Below, piece by piece: positions 12,311-25,399 of a DNA stretch of 64,000 bases. Both the position numbers and the translations under genes were made by a program. Each line of letters opens with the position of its first letter. Within the stretch, counting starts at the first letter, position 1. Location of the stretch: assembly GCA_051362555.1 (NCBI GenBank), contig CM120649.1, positions 7,688,001 to 7,752,000 on the forward strand, read 5' to 3'. The notes below the pieces were generated by a model that ran no database searches, was not told the origin of the DNA, and was given only the letters and a program-made list of their open reading frames with translations. The stretch is from Lingula anatina (taxonomy: Eukaryota; Animalia; Brachiopoda).

Positions 12311-13125
12311 TATGTTACACGATATTATTTTAAATACAAGACCAAATACAAAACCCTAGTGTGGTCATTATGTAATTATGTTCACCTGAGTCATTTATTG
12401 GGGAGATAAATTTGTCACCTGGTTCAAGCAGTTATCTGATACAATCTCTGAGGTGGGCTAGTGCACTGTACAGGTAGGCCTTATTACATGTAGTACAAGC
12501 TCACTGTCAATATCAGTGCATCTATCATTTGTTTCTTCTTCATTATCTTTCTGTTGTGTATCCAGGTAGATTTCGGTTACAAAAATAAGACTAGTCATGT
12601 CAATTTTCTGTTTTGTCATCAGTCTAATATGTATGTATGTAAATAAATCACTGTTATAGATGTGTTGATGATGACTTTAATAATTATTTTCATGACTATT
12701 AAATGTTTTACTTGTTTTATAGGTGAAAACTGTACAGTGAGGCTAGAGAGAGAAACAAAATATTGGATCCAGACGGCAGAGAAAATTAGAAGTAGACCTA
12801 CCAGATTGAAGTTTGAATCTAGACCGTGGAGAATGGACCAAGTCCTTGAAGGGAATGCCCAAACCGTTTTTTTTTTAATATTTGCCTATTAATAAATACA
12901 ATTCAATATTTCGTTTCACATTTTTATTTTGCATAATAAAACCAATGATGTTGCCTTGGAAATATCTTTCCAAGGTACCTTACGATATTTCTGATTCGTT
13001 TTAAAATGCAATGTTTTAAACATTTTCTAGATATGTTCAAGTGCATTGTGATAATAAAAATGAGATATTTGGTAAAAGTGTTCTCTTTTTTGTTATTTGC
13101 ATAAGTAATATACCATTCAATACTC

Positions 13126-13237
13126 CTTCACAGTCAGGTTTAAACCTGGTTTTAGTTTTACTCAGGTCTAAGTAATGTCGATAACAATACTCTAAAACCA
13201 AAGTAAAACTAAAACCAGCTTTAACCTTGCTGCGAAA
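13126..13237. mobile_element. Palindromic MITE nested in the THAP element
   Basis: ggtttaaacctggttttagttttact ... agtaaaactaaaaccagctttaacc inverted arms. Confidence 0.55.
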
Positions 13238-13781
13238 TCAAACCAAAGTTTCACATGACAGTTTTCATGCCATTTTTTATACTGAGGTAATGTCAGGGTA
13301 TAAAAAGTCATGAAAATTTTTAATTCCTCGTAGGTTTCAAGACCGATGTAAAATTAAACTATTTCAGGTTTGTTGTGCATAGACTTTATGCTGAAAGTGT
13401 GTTTGTCAACTTCCTCATGTGCTTTGGACAGTTGTTCCAGCATTTTATGTCCTTTTTCTCTGTCACACTATTTCTTTATGCATCTTTTTTTTTTTTTTTT
13501 TTTTTTTTTGCTCGTTGTAATTCCACTCTTGTTTCCGAAAGTTCAATTTCTAAAGATCAGATTTTCTGTCTGTTCCATACTGAAAATAATATGTTGTTTT
13601 TCCTTAACTGTCGTTAAAAGCGCATCTGAGCCTGCATCTGATAGAATGCTGTAGGCATCGTGGTCTGTATTTGAGAAGCCATTTTCGTCCTCGCTGTTCA
13701 ACATCTCACTTGCCGCCAGGTTCACTAAAATTTGTCTCAGAGTTTTCAACAGTTAAATGTCTAATCATTTTTTCGGGGCTT

Positions 13782-14051
13782 TCAAATCTTCGATTTCTTG
13801 AGTGAAAATATAGTTGGTCTCCCACCCAAATACGATTTATTCCCTCCTTCAAAATGAGCACTACACACACGGTGATGCTTGGCGGGCTCGAACTTACTAA
13901 ATTTGCCTTCATTTCCCGCTCGTCCAATATTGTCAATCCATATACCTCTCTTTTTTGGGTCCTTGGGGAAAGCATTAAATGAAAAATTTCGATCTCGCTC
14001 CGTATTGTTGAAACAAACAGGCACAAAACACATAGAACCGCCGAGAGGCAT
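13782..14051 (-). pseudogene. THAP zinc-finger domain of a broken transposase
   Basis: C-x4-C ... FP ... W ... C-x2-HF ... PTIF (CFVPVC, FPKD, IWI, VCSAHF, RPTIF); the reading frame breaks shortly after. Confidence 0.85.
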
Positions 14052-17000
14052 TTTATTTCTGTGTACAGAAATGGCGGCAACGCAAGATGGGTCCAACTTT
14101 ACCCACAATGCATTGCGCTCAATATCGAAAACGAGACGAATAATGCAAGTCGTATATGGCGTGCGTTGTGAACTCGCATCTTAGGGACACCTGACGTATC
14201 TCACACAGCGAGAATGCCTGGGAATAAAGGCCTCAGTTGCTGAATATGTCTCAGTAGCTGCATGTATGTGTGTAACTTTCATTAAATAATAAAGGATGAT
14301 ATTTGTATATTATATATATAAGATAGGGTGTTATTTCCACCAAGTAATGAGACTTGGGGGGGGGGGGGGGGTCGACGATGGAATATAGTGTGCTGATAAA
14401 TATAAATGCATAACCTACATACGCCTTACAATACTGGAAGGTGGGGGAATGAGAGACGTGCGTGTGCTAGCGTACGCTGGGTGATTCTGAAATATGGTTT
14501 TTATGTAAGAAAGAGTGCGAATTATCGCAACTACGTACGTAGGGGAGACCGGGGCTAGTTTGACCCCAGGGTAAGTTAGCCCCCAGTCAATTTATGAAAA
14601 AGTAACTACGAGGTAAATAAATTGGCCACATAGGTCTATTCTTGTAAAGTGACCGTAGCCTACATGTACAATGCTAAGGAAGTGTCGGACGTTAAAAAGT
14701 TTTACTTAAGTGATGAGTCCAAATAAACGATTTATATACCTAAAAGTAAATTTGCTTAAGAGATTTAAAAATCTATTTTCATAGGCTTTTTATCGAATAT
14801 AATATTTGTATAGGGCATCAAACTGAAGCTCATTGTTTCAAGTTTCACAGCGATGTATCATCGTTGTTCATTCTAGCACTATAAATGGCTGTCATCTTTT
14901 AAAATAAAAATTGTACACCCGGAGCTAGTTAGCCCCCTTGACTCGGGCAAGTTGGGCCTATCATATTACCCACAATCCTTTGCGCACAACAGAGCTAGAG
15001 ACCATGCATTGTTGAAACAAACTCAATGGTTTAAAACTGAATTCGTTACTTTCTTTTAAAACGAAAATTTATTATTCGTTTTCATTCATTAAGAACCTGC
15101 TTATTACCATTATTAATTTACTTTTAATTAAAATAAAACAAATTGATAGATATTTTGGTCCTTGTCCCCCTACAACGAGACGTACGGAAACCTCAATTAA
15201 TCTGACTCATTTGAACTATTTATTCATCAAGGACTCTCTAAAATCAATTTGATAAATCAGAATCGTTCCATAGAGCAGAGGTCGTTGCTCCAGAGGATTG
15301 TTTCTTATGGTACGAATCCGATCTTATGTCTGAGTGGGTCGGGAATCCGGAATGCTGGCCCGGACCTGCATGCACCGGCAGGACTGGTTGATACACTGAG
15401 ATTTTTAGTAAACAGCCCCAGCTATCAGAACAGACTCTCAAAAGAATATATGTTGGCGGGACTGCTCTTAAAATCGTTTTAATCACTGCTTTTATTGTAT
15501 TATTTTACACATATATTTATTTTTTACTCATCTTTTAAGGTTGTTTTAGTAATAAATAAATATATTTTGAGACTCCTTTTTATCAATCAATTTTTCTAGG
15601 AAACTGCTCTTAAATGTAACATCCATCTGCTTGAATTTCCCCCAAACCTTGAATTTGCTCAAATTATCTTGTACCAGGAAGGATATTTAATATTGCTTTA
15701 TTTATCCTGCATAACTTTTCTCGAACACGGTTCATTTACACCACTTTTGGATACTGAAAGAGTGAAATGGTAGCGACTTCTTTATTTCCCCAGGCTGTAA
15801 AAACGTTCACAATGTAGATCGACTCTTCTCGTAAAGATATCGTTTTAGATTCGAGATATGATCCACTCAGTCACAGCGTCCTCGTTTCCTGTAACTTAAC
15901 CATAGTATAAAACTTAAATAACTTTTCGTGATCTCACACCGTCACCATCACACAGCCGTATTGAAGTTAAAATATGTCCGAAAATATACCTCGCACCGTA
16001 TTGCAAAACAGCTGGTATATGAATAAAAACGGCATAGTCTCTTAAGTTGTTCAACCTTGCATATTAAAATCACTTAAGCCACAAACTTATTACAAACGTT
16101 TAAATCACGCCAAACGTTTGGACGTGCCATAAGCCACTTTCCTCAGTCTCAGAGTGACACAGGTAGCATTGTGTCATTAGCCGAGGGTACTTGGAGCTAT
16201 CCCCCCCCCCCCCCCCCTTAGAACTGCGGCTACTGTGGTTAGGGGTTATAATACAGGTGTGCGGGAGAATGTATCTGCTTTCGTCTCTATTTAGATTGTT
16301 TAAACCTTTTCACCCTAGAATACCTGACAATCAATACTGCCCGCCGCCGTCTAGAGCGCAAGGACGGCATTGTGCCATCTAGCACCTCTAACACAATCAG
16401 CCTGGGAGAAGTATAGTGGATGGCACGTGCTGTGTGAAATAGGACCTCCAGGCTTACAATTACAATTAATCTGTTTACAATGAAGATTTTTTTAAAATCT
16501 GCAATTAATTTTTAATATTTCTATTACCCATTTGTATCAATCTATTTATTCGTTCATCCTTCTGTCCATTAACATTAAAGATAGTGTCAGTCAATTTAGT
16601 GCCAAAAAATGTAAAAAGAATTTGACTGCGTCATTTTTGAAGTGATTTATCAAATGCCAAAATAAATTCGCCATTGTCCCCATTACTTTGATTTAAAGTT
16701 CGATCGGTCTATAAAATAGCCTCTATGATGTGTTACTTTTCCGAGCCTCCCGGTTTCTTTTCAAATACACATTTTTACAACTTATTCACCAGCAAGACAT
16801 CTAGTGTCAATCAGTGAAAACGTTCCTTTTGATACAATAAATTTGAAACCTTTTGTTTAAAATAATTTGATGATAATTACAAACTGTTCGTTACTGACAG
16901 ATAGTCACCATCAGTTTGGCAATGAACTTGAACGATACATAAAAATATATTTTTATTTTCATATTTGACAACTTAAAAAAACACCTATTCCACAGTCACA

Positions 17001-17208
17001 GCGGCAGTGGAAAAATTTACCATTAAGATAATTAATTTACCATTAAGATAATTAATCTGCACAGAAGTATGATACACATACTATCACAGCTGTATTTTAT
17101 ACATGATATATATGATATATTAATCATACATGTAACTAGTTATATACTCTAGGAAATCAAAATCATGCTTTAGGAAAATGAAGACAACGCCTAATTTTCA
17201 AGGTAAAT

Positions 17209-17260
<52 letters not shown>

Positions 17261-17783
17261 AATGACACATCATTACATTTAGTCCCCCAACATACTAGTA
17301 TATATTATAACCTTTTTAAGACACGTCATCTATATAATAAAAACACATGTCATAATGAACTGACTTTAGATAATCAAGACATCTACTAGTGAAAACGCAA
17401 CAAAGCTAAGACACCACTACGCCATGACTTTAAATCAATACTTTAGAAGAACTACAGTATAGCCTTACTGTACTACAAATGTAGTAGTATGAAAATCGTT
17501 TATAAAAAAGACTATGACCATTCAACCGACTGATCATTAACTTGATCTAGACAATAAGACATAGCCATACTTTAGGAAAATGAAGACAACACATAATCAT
17601 CGGTACGATATCACACAAAAAATTGAAATATTATGTTACGAATGTATAGTATATCCAAATCTTCCTTGAAATTAACACGTTAAATATTTGCAATGGACAA
17701 CAACACTCACACTCCATAACGTCAAATATATAAACATAATATACTGAATTGTGATACCTAATACACATTTATAACAAAGCTAA

Positions 17784-18001
17784 GGGCGCATTCCCATAGA
17801 TTTAGACCTATCCCCGTGGGGAGTCTCACTAGATTACTGTCAGATAATCCGGCTTAAATGCACCGTCCCGCCAACAACATGCACAAGCTGTAACGGGGTA
17901 ATTAGCTTCCGTGCGCAATCAGCTGACTGCAATTTAGCGTGAACCCCCCCGGGAGTTAGGTCGATCTAGTAAGATCGATCTAAATCTCTGGGAATGTCCT
18001 C
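17784..18001. mobile_element. MITE with TAA target-site duplication (PIF/Harbinger-like)
   Basis: taa|gggcgcattcccatagatttaga ... tctaaatctctgggaatgtcctc|taa. Confidence 0.7.
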
Positions 18002-19365
18002 TAAGACACCTGCAAGACATATTCTTAACTTAGAAAAGCCTAGAAGCAGTACAATACAGTCTTACTACAACAAAGGGGTTTTAAATCGTTCATTAATAGA
18101 AATGTTAGGCCTACATGAACTTGTTACGTTATAAACAGTCTCTGCCAAGTGACTGGAGATAAAACACTATTGAGATGAGATGACATGGAATGCAAACTGC
18201 AACATATAACAATACTTGCAGATTTAATGCTTTGTCCGATATATGCCCAAAGGCCTATTTATCGTAATTCACGTAATACACGTTAATTTTGTCGCTAAGT
18301 GAATCTCATACAGTCGTTTACTAGCAAAACCTCTAAAGAACTGTGAAAAAACTTCATGGATTCTTTGTCAAAATGATTGTGACCATTATACTCATATTTA
18401 ATTGACTTTTGATAAATATTAAAGAAATTTGTAATACAAGAATCACTCGGCTTTAACCCACATGCATTAATATAAGTGTGTGTGTGTGTGTGTTTGTGTG
18501 TGTACGCATGCGGATGTGTCTGTATCTAGACGTGGCCTTTTTGCATGTACATTTTGTCATACACGAACACATTTTAGAATACTTTACAGCCATATCTTAG
18601 AAAAGAAAAGAGGGGTAAGTTATTTCATAAGATTAACAGGGAAAGTAAATAATACATAATATATCACTGGATACACAGTATATTCCTGTAAATAGCGGAT
18701 ATACAGTACCCTGGGAAAGGTGGATGCTTGTATTGGATTATGAAATTCCAGATGAAGTTAAACAAATATAAACATACATAGGACAATGAGTGCCTGAATA
18801 TGGCTTTAAAAAGAATACGTAAAGAGTATAATGAAGTCTGAATGAAATGTACTTTTAATCCTACAAGAGGGAACTATGAATGTCTGGATAAACGGTGCGG
18901 TAGAGAATGACGACTTAAATACAAATTTATAGATCTACGACTGCTTGGAGAAGACATATTTTTCTACATTGCACTGATTTTATTTTGGACTCCTTACAAT
19001 GTCTACGATAATGAATTTGTCAACAAAATTGCCCAGAAATATGGAGTAGAACGTGGTAATGATTGGAGACGAGTAAAAGTACACTAAATGCTATGTGCTG
19101 CGTAGCGTTCATACAGTACTTTTACTACAGTATTTTACAACATGGACAAACTTATAACCTTGCCTGCAACACTATGGGAACCCCACTACAGAATAGTCTG
19201 CCTGAATAGATAGCACACAAGATACCGCCTGTATCACATGAAAAAAATCATGAAAGGAATTCTAGAAAGCAGAACACCCTTTGAGGCTAATAATGAGACA
19301 TTTGATTCTAAGGGTTCCAGAACCGAAAATGGAAAGTATCCCGAGTCAAGTGAAGGCCAAGTTGA

Positions 19366-22340
19366 CTAAACAATTGAACAAAATGGTACACGATCTCTAT
19401 GATAATATTTTACCAAAAATTCAATAACACTGATTGTTCTGACAGTATCATGGTGTTTGGGACCAAGGACCTCCTCTGTCACTGCAAGGCATTTATTGTA
19501 ATAATCAAGTGCCTCTTTATATTTACCCATATACTATACAGTGCATGGCCAATGTTGTTGTAGGAGTCTGCTGTATTAGGGTGTTTATGACCGAGTATCA
19601 CCTTTCTTAATGCAAGACTTTTATTGTGATAAACAAGTGACTCTTTATACTCACCCATGTCTTGCAGCACAAGACCTATATTATTGTAAGAACTGGCGGT
19701 ATCGGGGTGTTTGGGACCAAGTATCTCCTCTCTCAATGCAAGACATTTTTTGTGATAATCAAGTGCCTTTTTATAATAGCCCAAGGCCCGCAGAACATTA
19801 CCGATATTATTGTAAGAGCTGGCGGTATCGGGGTGTTTGGGACCAAGTATCTCCTCTCTCAATGCAAGACATTTTTTGTGATAATCAAGTGCCTTTTTAT
19901 AATAGCCCAAGGCCTGCAGTACAATTCCGATATTGTTGTAGGAGCTGGCGGTATCGGGGTGTTTGGGACCAAGTATCTCCTCTCTCAATGCAAGGCATTT
20001 TTTGCAATAATCAAGTGACTCTTTATACTCACCCATGGCCAGCAGTACACTACCGATATTGTTGTAGAAGGCAGCGGTATCAGGGTGCTTGAGACCAAGT
20101 ATCTCCTCTCTCAATGCAAGACATTTTTTGTGATAATCAAGTGACTTTTCTAACTCACCCATGGCCTGCAGTACATTACCGATATTGTCGTAGGAGACGG
20201 CGGTATCGGGGTGTTTGGGGCCAAGTATCTCCTCTCTCCATGCAAGGCATTTTTTGTAATAATCAAGTGACTCTTTATACTTACCCATGGCCTGAAGTAT
20301 ATTACCCATATTGTTGTAGGAGGTTGCAGTATCGGGGTGCTTGGGACCAAGTATCTCCTCTGTCAATGCAAGACATTTTTTGTGATAATCAAGTGACTCT
20401 TTATACTGACCCATGGCCTGCAGTATATTACCCATATTGTTGTAGGAGGTTGCAGTATCGGGGTGCTTGGGACCAACTGTTTCCTCTTTCAATGCAAGAC
20501 TTTTTTTGTGATAATCAAGTGACTCATTATACTTACCCATGGCCTGCAGCACATTACCGATATTGTTGCAGGAGTTGGCGATATCGGGGTGCTTGGGATC
20601 AAGAATCTCCTCTTTCAATGCAAGACATTTTTTGTGATAATCAAGTGACTTTTTAAACTCACCCATGGCCTGCAGTACATTACCGATATTGTCGTAGGAG
20701 CCGGCGGTATCGGGGTGTTTGGGGCCAAGTATCTCCTCTCTCAATGCAAGACTTTTTATGAGATAATCAAGTGACTCGTTAAACTCACCTATTTCGTGCA
20801 GAAAAATACCGATATTGTTGTAGGAACTGGCGACATCGGGGTGTTTGGTACCTAGAATTTTAACCTGTTCATGTGACACCGATTTGTAAATATGTAAAGC
20901 ATCCTTGTAGAGACAAATGCCATAAAAAGTCTCTGCAATCATTGCTAATTTATCTACACTTTCCAATCTTTCAGATGCATCTTGAGCTTCTATACTTTTA
21001 GTTAATAAAGCAGCAGTTTGTTTGATATGTGGTAACATCACGGATAAATGATTTGCATCGGTAGCATTAAAATACTCCATTTTAAAGCCTTTGAGAGTTT
21101 CTATATAATGACTGCAAAAAGCATTTTGGATATCAAAAATATAATTGTCATATTCCTGGGCATTGTATTCTGCATATTCCCTTAGTAAGGGGTGGACATC
21201 ATAGATGTTACTATCTGTACTAATGAGCGATTTATTGACAAGGTCTAGGATATGTTCACAATGATTTTGATCTAACCCTAAAATAACAGAGACTTCTTCC
21301 AGGTTAAAAGCAACAGGGAATATATGTAGTGCAACAAACACCTTTCTCGCCTCCGTTTTTAATGTTTTATAAGAAATTTCAAAGCAAGTTTTGATTTCTT
21401 CTGGCATGCTGGGAATGGAAAGAGTGGGTAGCATCTTCTGAGTTTTAAATGTCTCTAATACTGCTTCTGTTTGTTTTTTGTCAAGCAGTGCAGCTAGCAA
21501 TTTTAATGCAAGGGGGTTATAGCCGCACATTTCTGCCATTTCATCTAAGTTCGCTAACTCGCTGTCGGTGGGACTGGTTGATTTTCGTTCCCATAGGACG
21601 TCACGCGAGGAGCTTTTATCAAGTTTATCAATGTCTAACACAACTATGTTATGTGTTGTGAAATCAAACCTTTCACGACTGGCGCATAACAAACTGATAT
21701 GTTTTGTTGAATCCATTACATCCTTCAAAAAATCACTAAACTCCTTCCTATTTGAACTTAAAAAAGACTCGTTATTATCTAGGATAAATAGGGTATCAGT
21801 AGTCAAACTAGACAAAGTCTGTTTGAATATGTTTTGGTAATCAGAGTATAAGTCTTTCAAATGACGTGTTGGGTGATAATGGTGGACAAGCGATAACTTG
21901 ACAGAATTAAGATCTGTCACTTGTTTCATATCAATGTACAGCACGTTTTGCATGCTTTGTCCGACCTTAACTGCTATACTGGTCTTACCGATACCCCCCA
22001 TCCCGGTCAGGAGAATGAGGGGAACTTTATCTCTGATATGTTGGAGTATTGTGGTAATGATGCCATCACGACCCTTCAGATCTGTGTTTGTTCTAGGTAA
22101 CATCGTGGAGAGCAGCTGACAAGGGGTTTCTGAAAAGGTTTCTGAACATAAAAATCTAAAAACAGGAAACTGTTAACACATTTTTCACCTTGTGGTGGCC
22201 ATATTTAACACTTTTATATATGAAAATATACAGCTGGAGTGTCAGAATCTTTTAACATTAGAATGTTATAAGAATATGGAATCATTATCTCTGCCATTGT
22301 TTTTGCCTGTGCTTTTATAAATGTGACTCAACGGTGTGTG

Positions 22341-22373
<33 letters not shown>

Positions 22374-23021
22374 TTGTGTGTGTGTTTTTATTAGCTCTGG
22401 TTGTATTGATGTGAAATATTGAATATTTTGCAGAAATCTACCTGAAGCGTCCAACGGCTGAATCAGCAAATTGTCGTAGTCGTCACTAGTATTCGATGTC
22501 GACAGAGACCGCAGAATAGCTTTCAGATCATCGAACTGGGTCTTGAAGTCTGCGTCTGAGAGACCTCCTGTTCCGTGAGCGTGCTTATTGCGGTATCCCT
22601 TCACCCTGCCGATTTTGGCCTCTGTAGAAGTGTCCGTGTCTGGAGCATTGTCCCATTTTGCATGAGGATTCAAGTTTGTGATATTTCTTAATAAGATTAC
22701 AGTCAGGGTTATATCCAAGTCGTGCAATGTCACAGGAGGGGCAGGGTTCCCAGGGGGATAGAGGATATCCATTTGACTTCGATTCAGAATGTTTCTTCTC
22801 TTCACTCCCCTCGTCTTTAAACTGAGTAATGTATGTTTCACATTTTTGTCATTTAGGACATCAGATATCACGTCATTACTTGATGGCCCATACAGCCCTG
22901 GATATTGTGCTTGTAACTGGTTACTGAGAACACCCCGAAGTACTAGGGTAGCACGTTCCAGTAGCAGGTCCATGCGGAAACGGTTTTCCTTCTCTTTTCT
23001 AGGAATTTCCCCAGTGGCCAT
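19366..23021 (-). CDS. NLR-like gene copy 2: HEPN + NB-ARC + 10 TPR repeats plus a frameshifted 11th; exons 23021-22442 and 22129-19479, about 1076 aa as sequenced (ancestral stop at 19366)
   Basis: Same phase-1 intron (22441-22130); RNKHAH at 22592-22575; NTPase nearly identical to copy 1; an extra 2 nt near 19531 shifts repeat 11 out of frame. Confidence 0.88.
19459..20846 (-). repeat. Coding tandem array of about 11 x 126-bp TPR units (copy 2)
   Basis: 10 full units at 20846-19587 plus an 11th interrupted by a +2 frameshift. Confidence 0.93.
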
Positions 23022-23181
23022 TTCTGGTCAAGATTACTGCAAAGAGTCAAGAGAGGAGTTATAGGGTTCGTCAACATATTTCCATTATCTCGTAATTACT
23101 TACGATAAGACAAATGCGATAGAGGTAATACAATTGTCATCATTGCAAAGATATTTGTTTTTCATCTACATATGACTGTAG

Positions 23182-23726
23182 TGTAACACTTTATATCATA
23201 AAGAGTCCTCGGTGTATGGTGTAGTGTTCACAAATATAACGTGTAGTGTTCACAAATATAATTCCCAGACATGTAAATTAATTTGATTAGAGTCGATTGC
23301 TTGTGCACTCGACTCGTTTTATGGCCTTACCTGAAGTCATGTAACTTAAGTGGACGTGTGCAATTTGAATAATTAAAATTAGTATGTACCGCCAAATACT
23401 GCAGCACAGAATCCACCTAAAGATAAGAAATAAGTATAAAAGACGTATAGAATTAATATCGGGGGACAGACTGAAGAATACTCGAAGGAGACCGCTCGAC
23501 GGAGCTATGGGAGACGGCCTAGAGCTTGGAGGCTTCACGTATAGAACATGTAGTTAGAGATCGTCAACCAATAAACCATTAAACTGGTCATTATGTGGAC
23601 TTGAGTTTTCTTTGCGCGACCTCACGTAAATCTGACACGAACCGTGGAATTTTGAATTGCGTTATCCACTGAGTAAGTCTAAAACGTAATGTCCTATTTC
23701 GAGCCCACGCTTGAATTAAGCGTACA
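23182..23726 (+). mobile_element. Possible solo LTR in the 5' intron of NLR-like copy 2
   Basis: TGTAAC...GTACA ends with internal TATAAAA, AATAAA and GTAAGT; no TSD confirmed. Confidence 0.3.
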
Positions 23727-24296
23727 AAAATTATATAAGTTTAGGACATTCATCTCATATGTATATGTCAAGGTACATAACAATGGCATATATGTTTAAT
23801 GTGTCAGCGTGTACTGTGGGCGATAAAGGTTTATAATTTTCCTGTTTTAAAAGTCTTATACTCTATTTGATAAATATAAGAAGGGATTAATACAAAAAAA
23901 GCATTCACCTCTATGGGTATTCTAGCACAATTGTTTTTATATGATCTTATTTCCGCATATTTGTTCCATTATCATATTGCCAACATTTGCGTTTCAAATA
24001 TACTATACAAATACCGGCTTAGCAGGCTCGTGAAAGTTAATGATCCATGCAAATTCACTGCTTTTAAGTAAGTGAAGAAAAATCAGTCATGGAGCAAACA
24101 ACACTTGCTGGCTTCAGCAGGGAAAGTTGATTCTATCCAAAGAGAAAATGATGGAGCAATGTATGCAGAGCATAAGCGTAATAAGTAGAAAACATTGAAA
24201 AACAAACATTGCTTGATGAGTTTTCTAGAATTTAACAAGGCAGCAAAGCTGTCAAATGTACAGACAAAAAAAAAAAACAGAAAATAAAGATGCAAA

Positions 24297-24985
24297 TAAG
24301 TGAAAAATTAAATTTTCACAAAAAACTGTTAAATTGCCAGAAAAATTTACCAAACAGACTGCATTGCCTATTGAAGCTGTATGTTAGACCCATGTTTCTT
24401 TCCTGTAAGTTTGAGAACAGTAAGTGACATGATTTCCCTTAAATGGTCATCATAGGAGCAGTGCCCAAAATAGGGGTTTCTTCAAATTTTGATGCAACAT
24501 TACATAATGTTGAACAGCATGATGACAATCAAATGTTATTAATAAAATATTAGTAACATGGACATTCAGAAAATGTGACAAGCAAAAGTCTTCAGGATCA
24601 TGGAACTTAAAAGTCACACCTTGTACATGCCAATATGTGAAAAATTAAATTTTCACAAAAAACTGTTAAACTGCCAAAAAAAAGAAAAAAAAAAAAAAAA
24701 CCAAACAGACTGCATTGCCTACTGAAGCTGTATTTTAGTTCCAGGTTTCTTTCCTGTAAGTTTGAGAACAGTAAGTGACATGATTTTCCTTAAATGGTCA
24801 TCATGGAAGCAGTGCCCAAAAAAGGGGTTTCTTCAAATTTTGATGCAATATTACATAATGTTTAACAGCTTAATGACCATCAATTTTTAATTATAAAATA
24901 TTTGTATCACAGATATTCAGAAAATGTGACTAGCAAAGGTCTTCAGGCCCATGGAACTTCAAAGTCACACCTTGAAAATGCCAAA
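24297..24985. repeat. About 340-bp direct duplication inside the Helentron
   Basis: gtgaaaaattaaattttcacaaaaaactgttaaa at about 24300 and about 24637, collinear thereafter. Confidence 0.85.
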
Positions 24986-25399
24986 ATGTAAACAAGACAG
25001 CACTGTTCTGAAATGGGTTTCTTTCCATTTTTAACACTTTTTTAACATAAAACAAAATAAACATTTTACTGCCATTTTTATATGACCAACTAAGAAAATT
25101 GATGAGATGGGAAAACTATCAATAGAACAGTGTTAAATGTCCAATTTCCTCCATTCTGAGATTCTGAACATAGTGGATGATTGAATCTGACAAACTGCAA
25201 TGATATGAGTTTATTTCCATTTTTGACACTTTATTACACAATACATGATAACAAGTTTACCATGTTTTTTACATAATCAACTAACAATGTTGTAAAGATG
25301 CAGGAAATATCAAACAAACACTTTTAGGCATCTTATTAGTTAAATAATGAGACTGTTAACATGCCTAATAATTGAATCTGAAGACATGTGAAAAAACAG

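Larger units (their letters stand above)
12070..14157. mobile_element. Degenerate DNA transposon (ISL2EU/PHIS-like) with THAP and SAP-like coding remnants
   Basis: Perfect 21-bp inverted repeat ATATACGACTTGCATTATTCG (12070-12090 / 14137-14157). Empty site in unit B (cagcatatgacgtgcgttgt, 29281-29300) is consistent with an AT duplication. Confidence 0.85.

Noticed and set aside
14538-15000. Possible transposon end (gtaggggagaccggggctag..., gctagttagccccc sub-repeats)
   Set aside because: No matching opposite terminus or TSD was found in the window.
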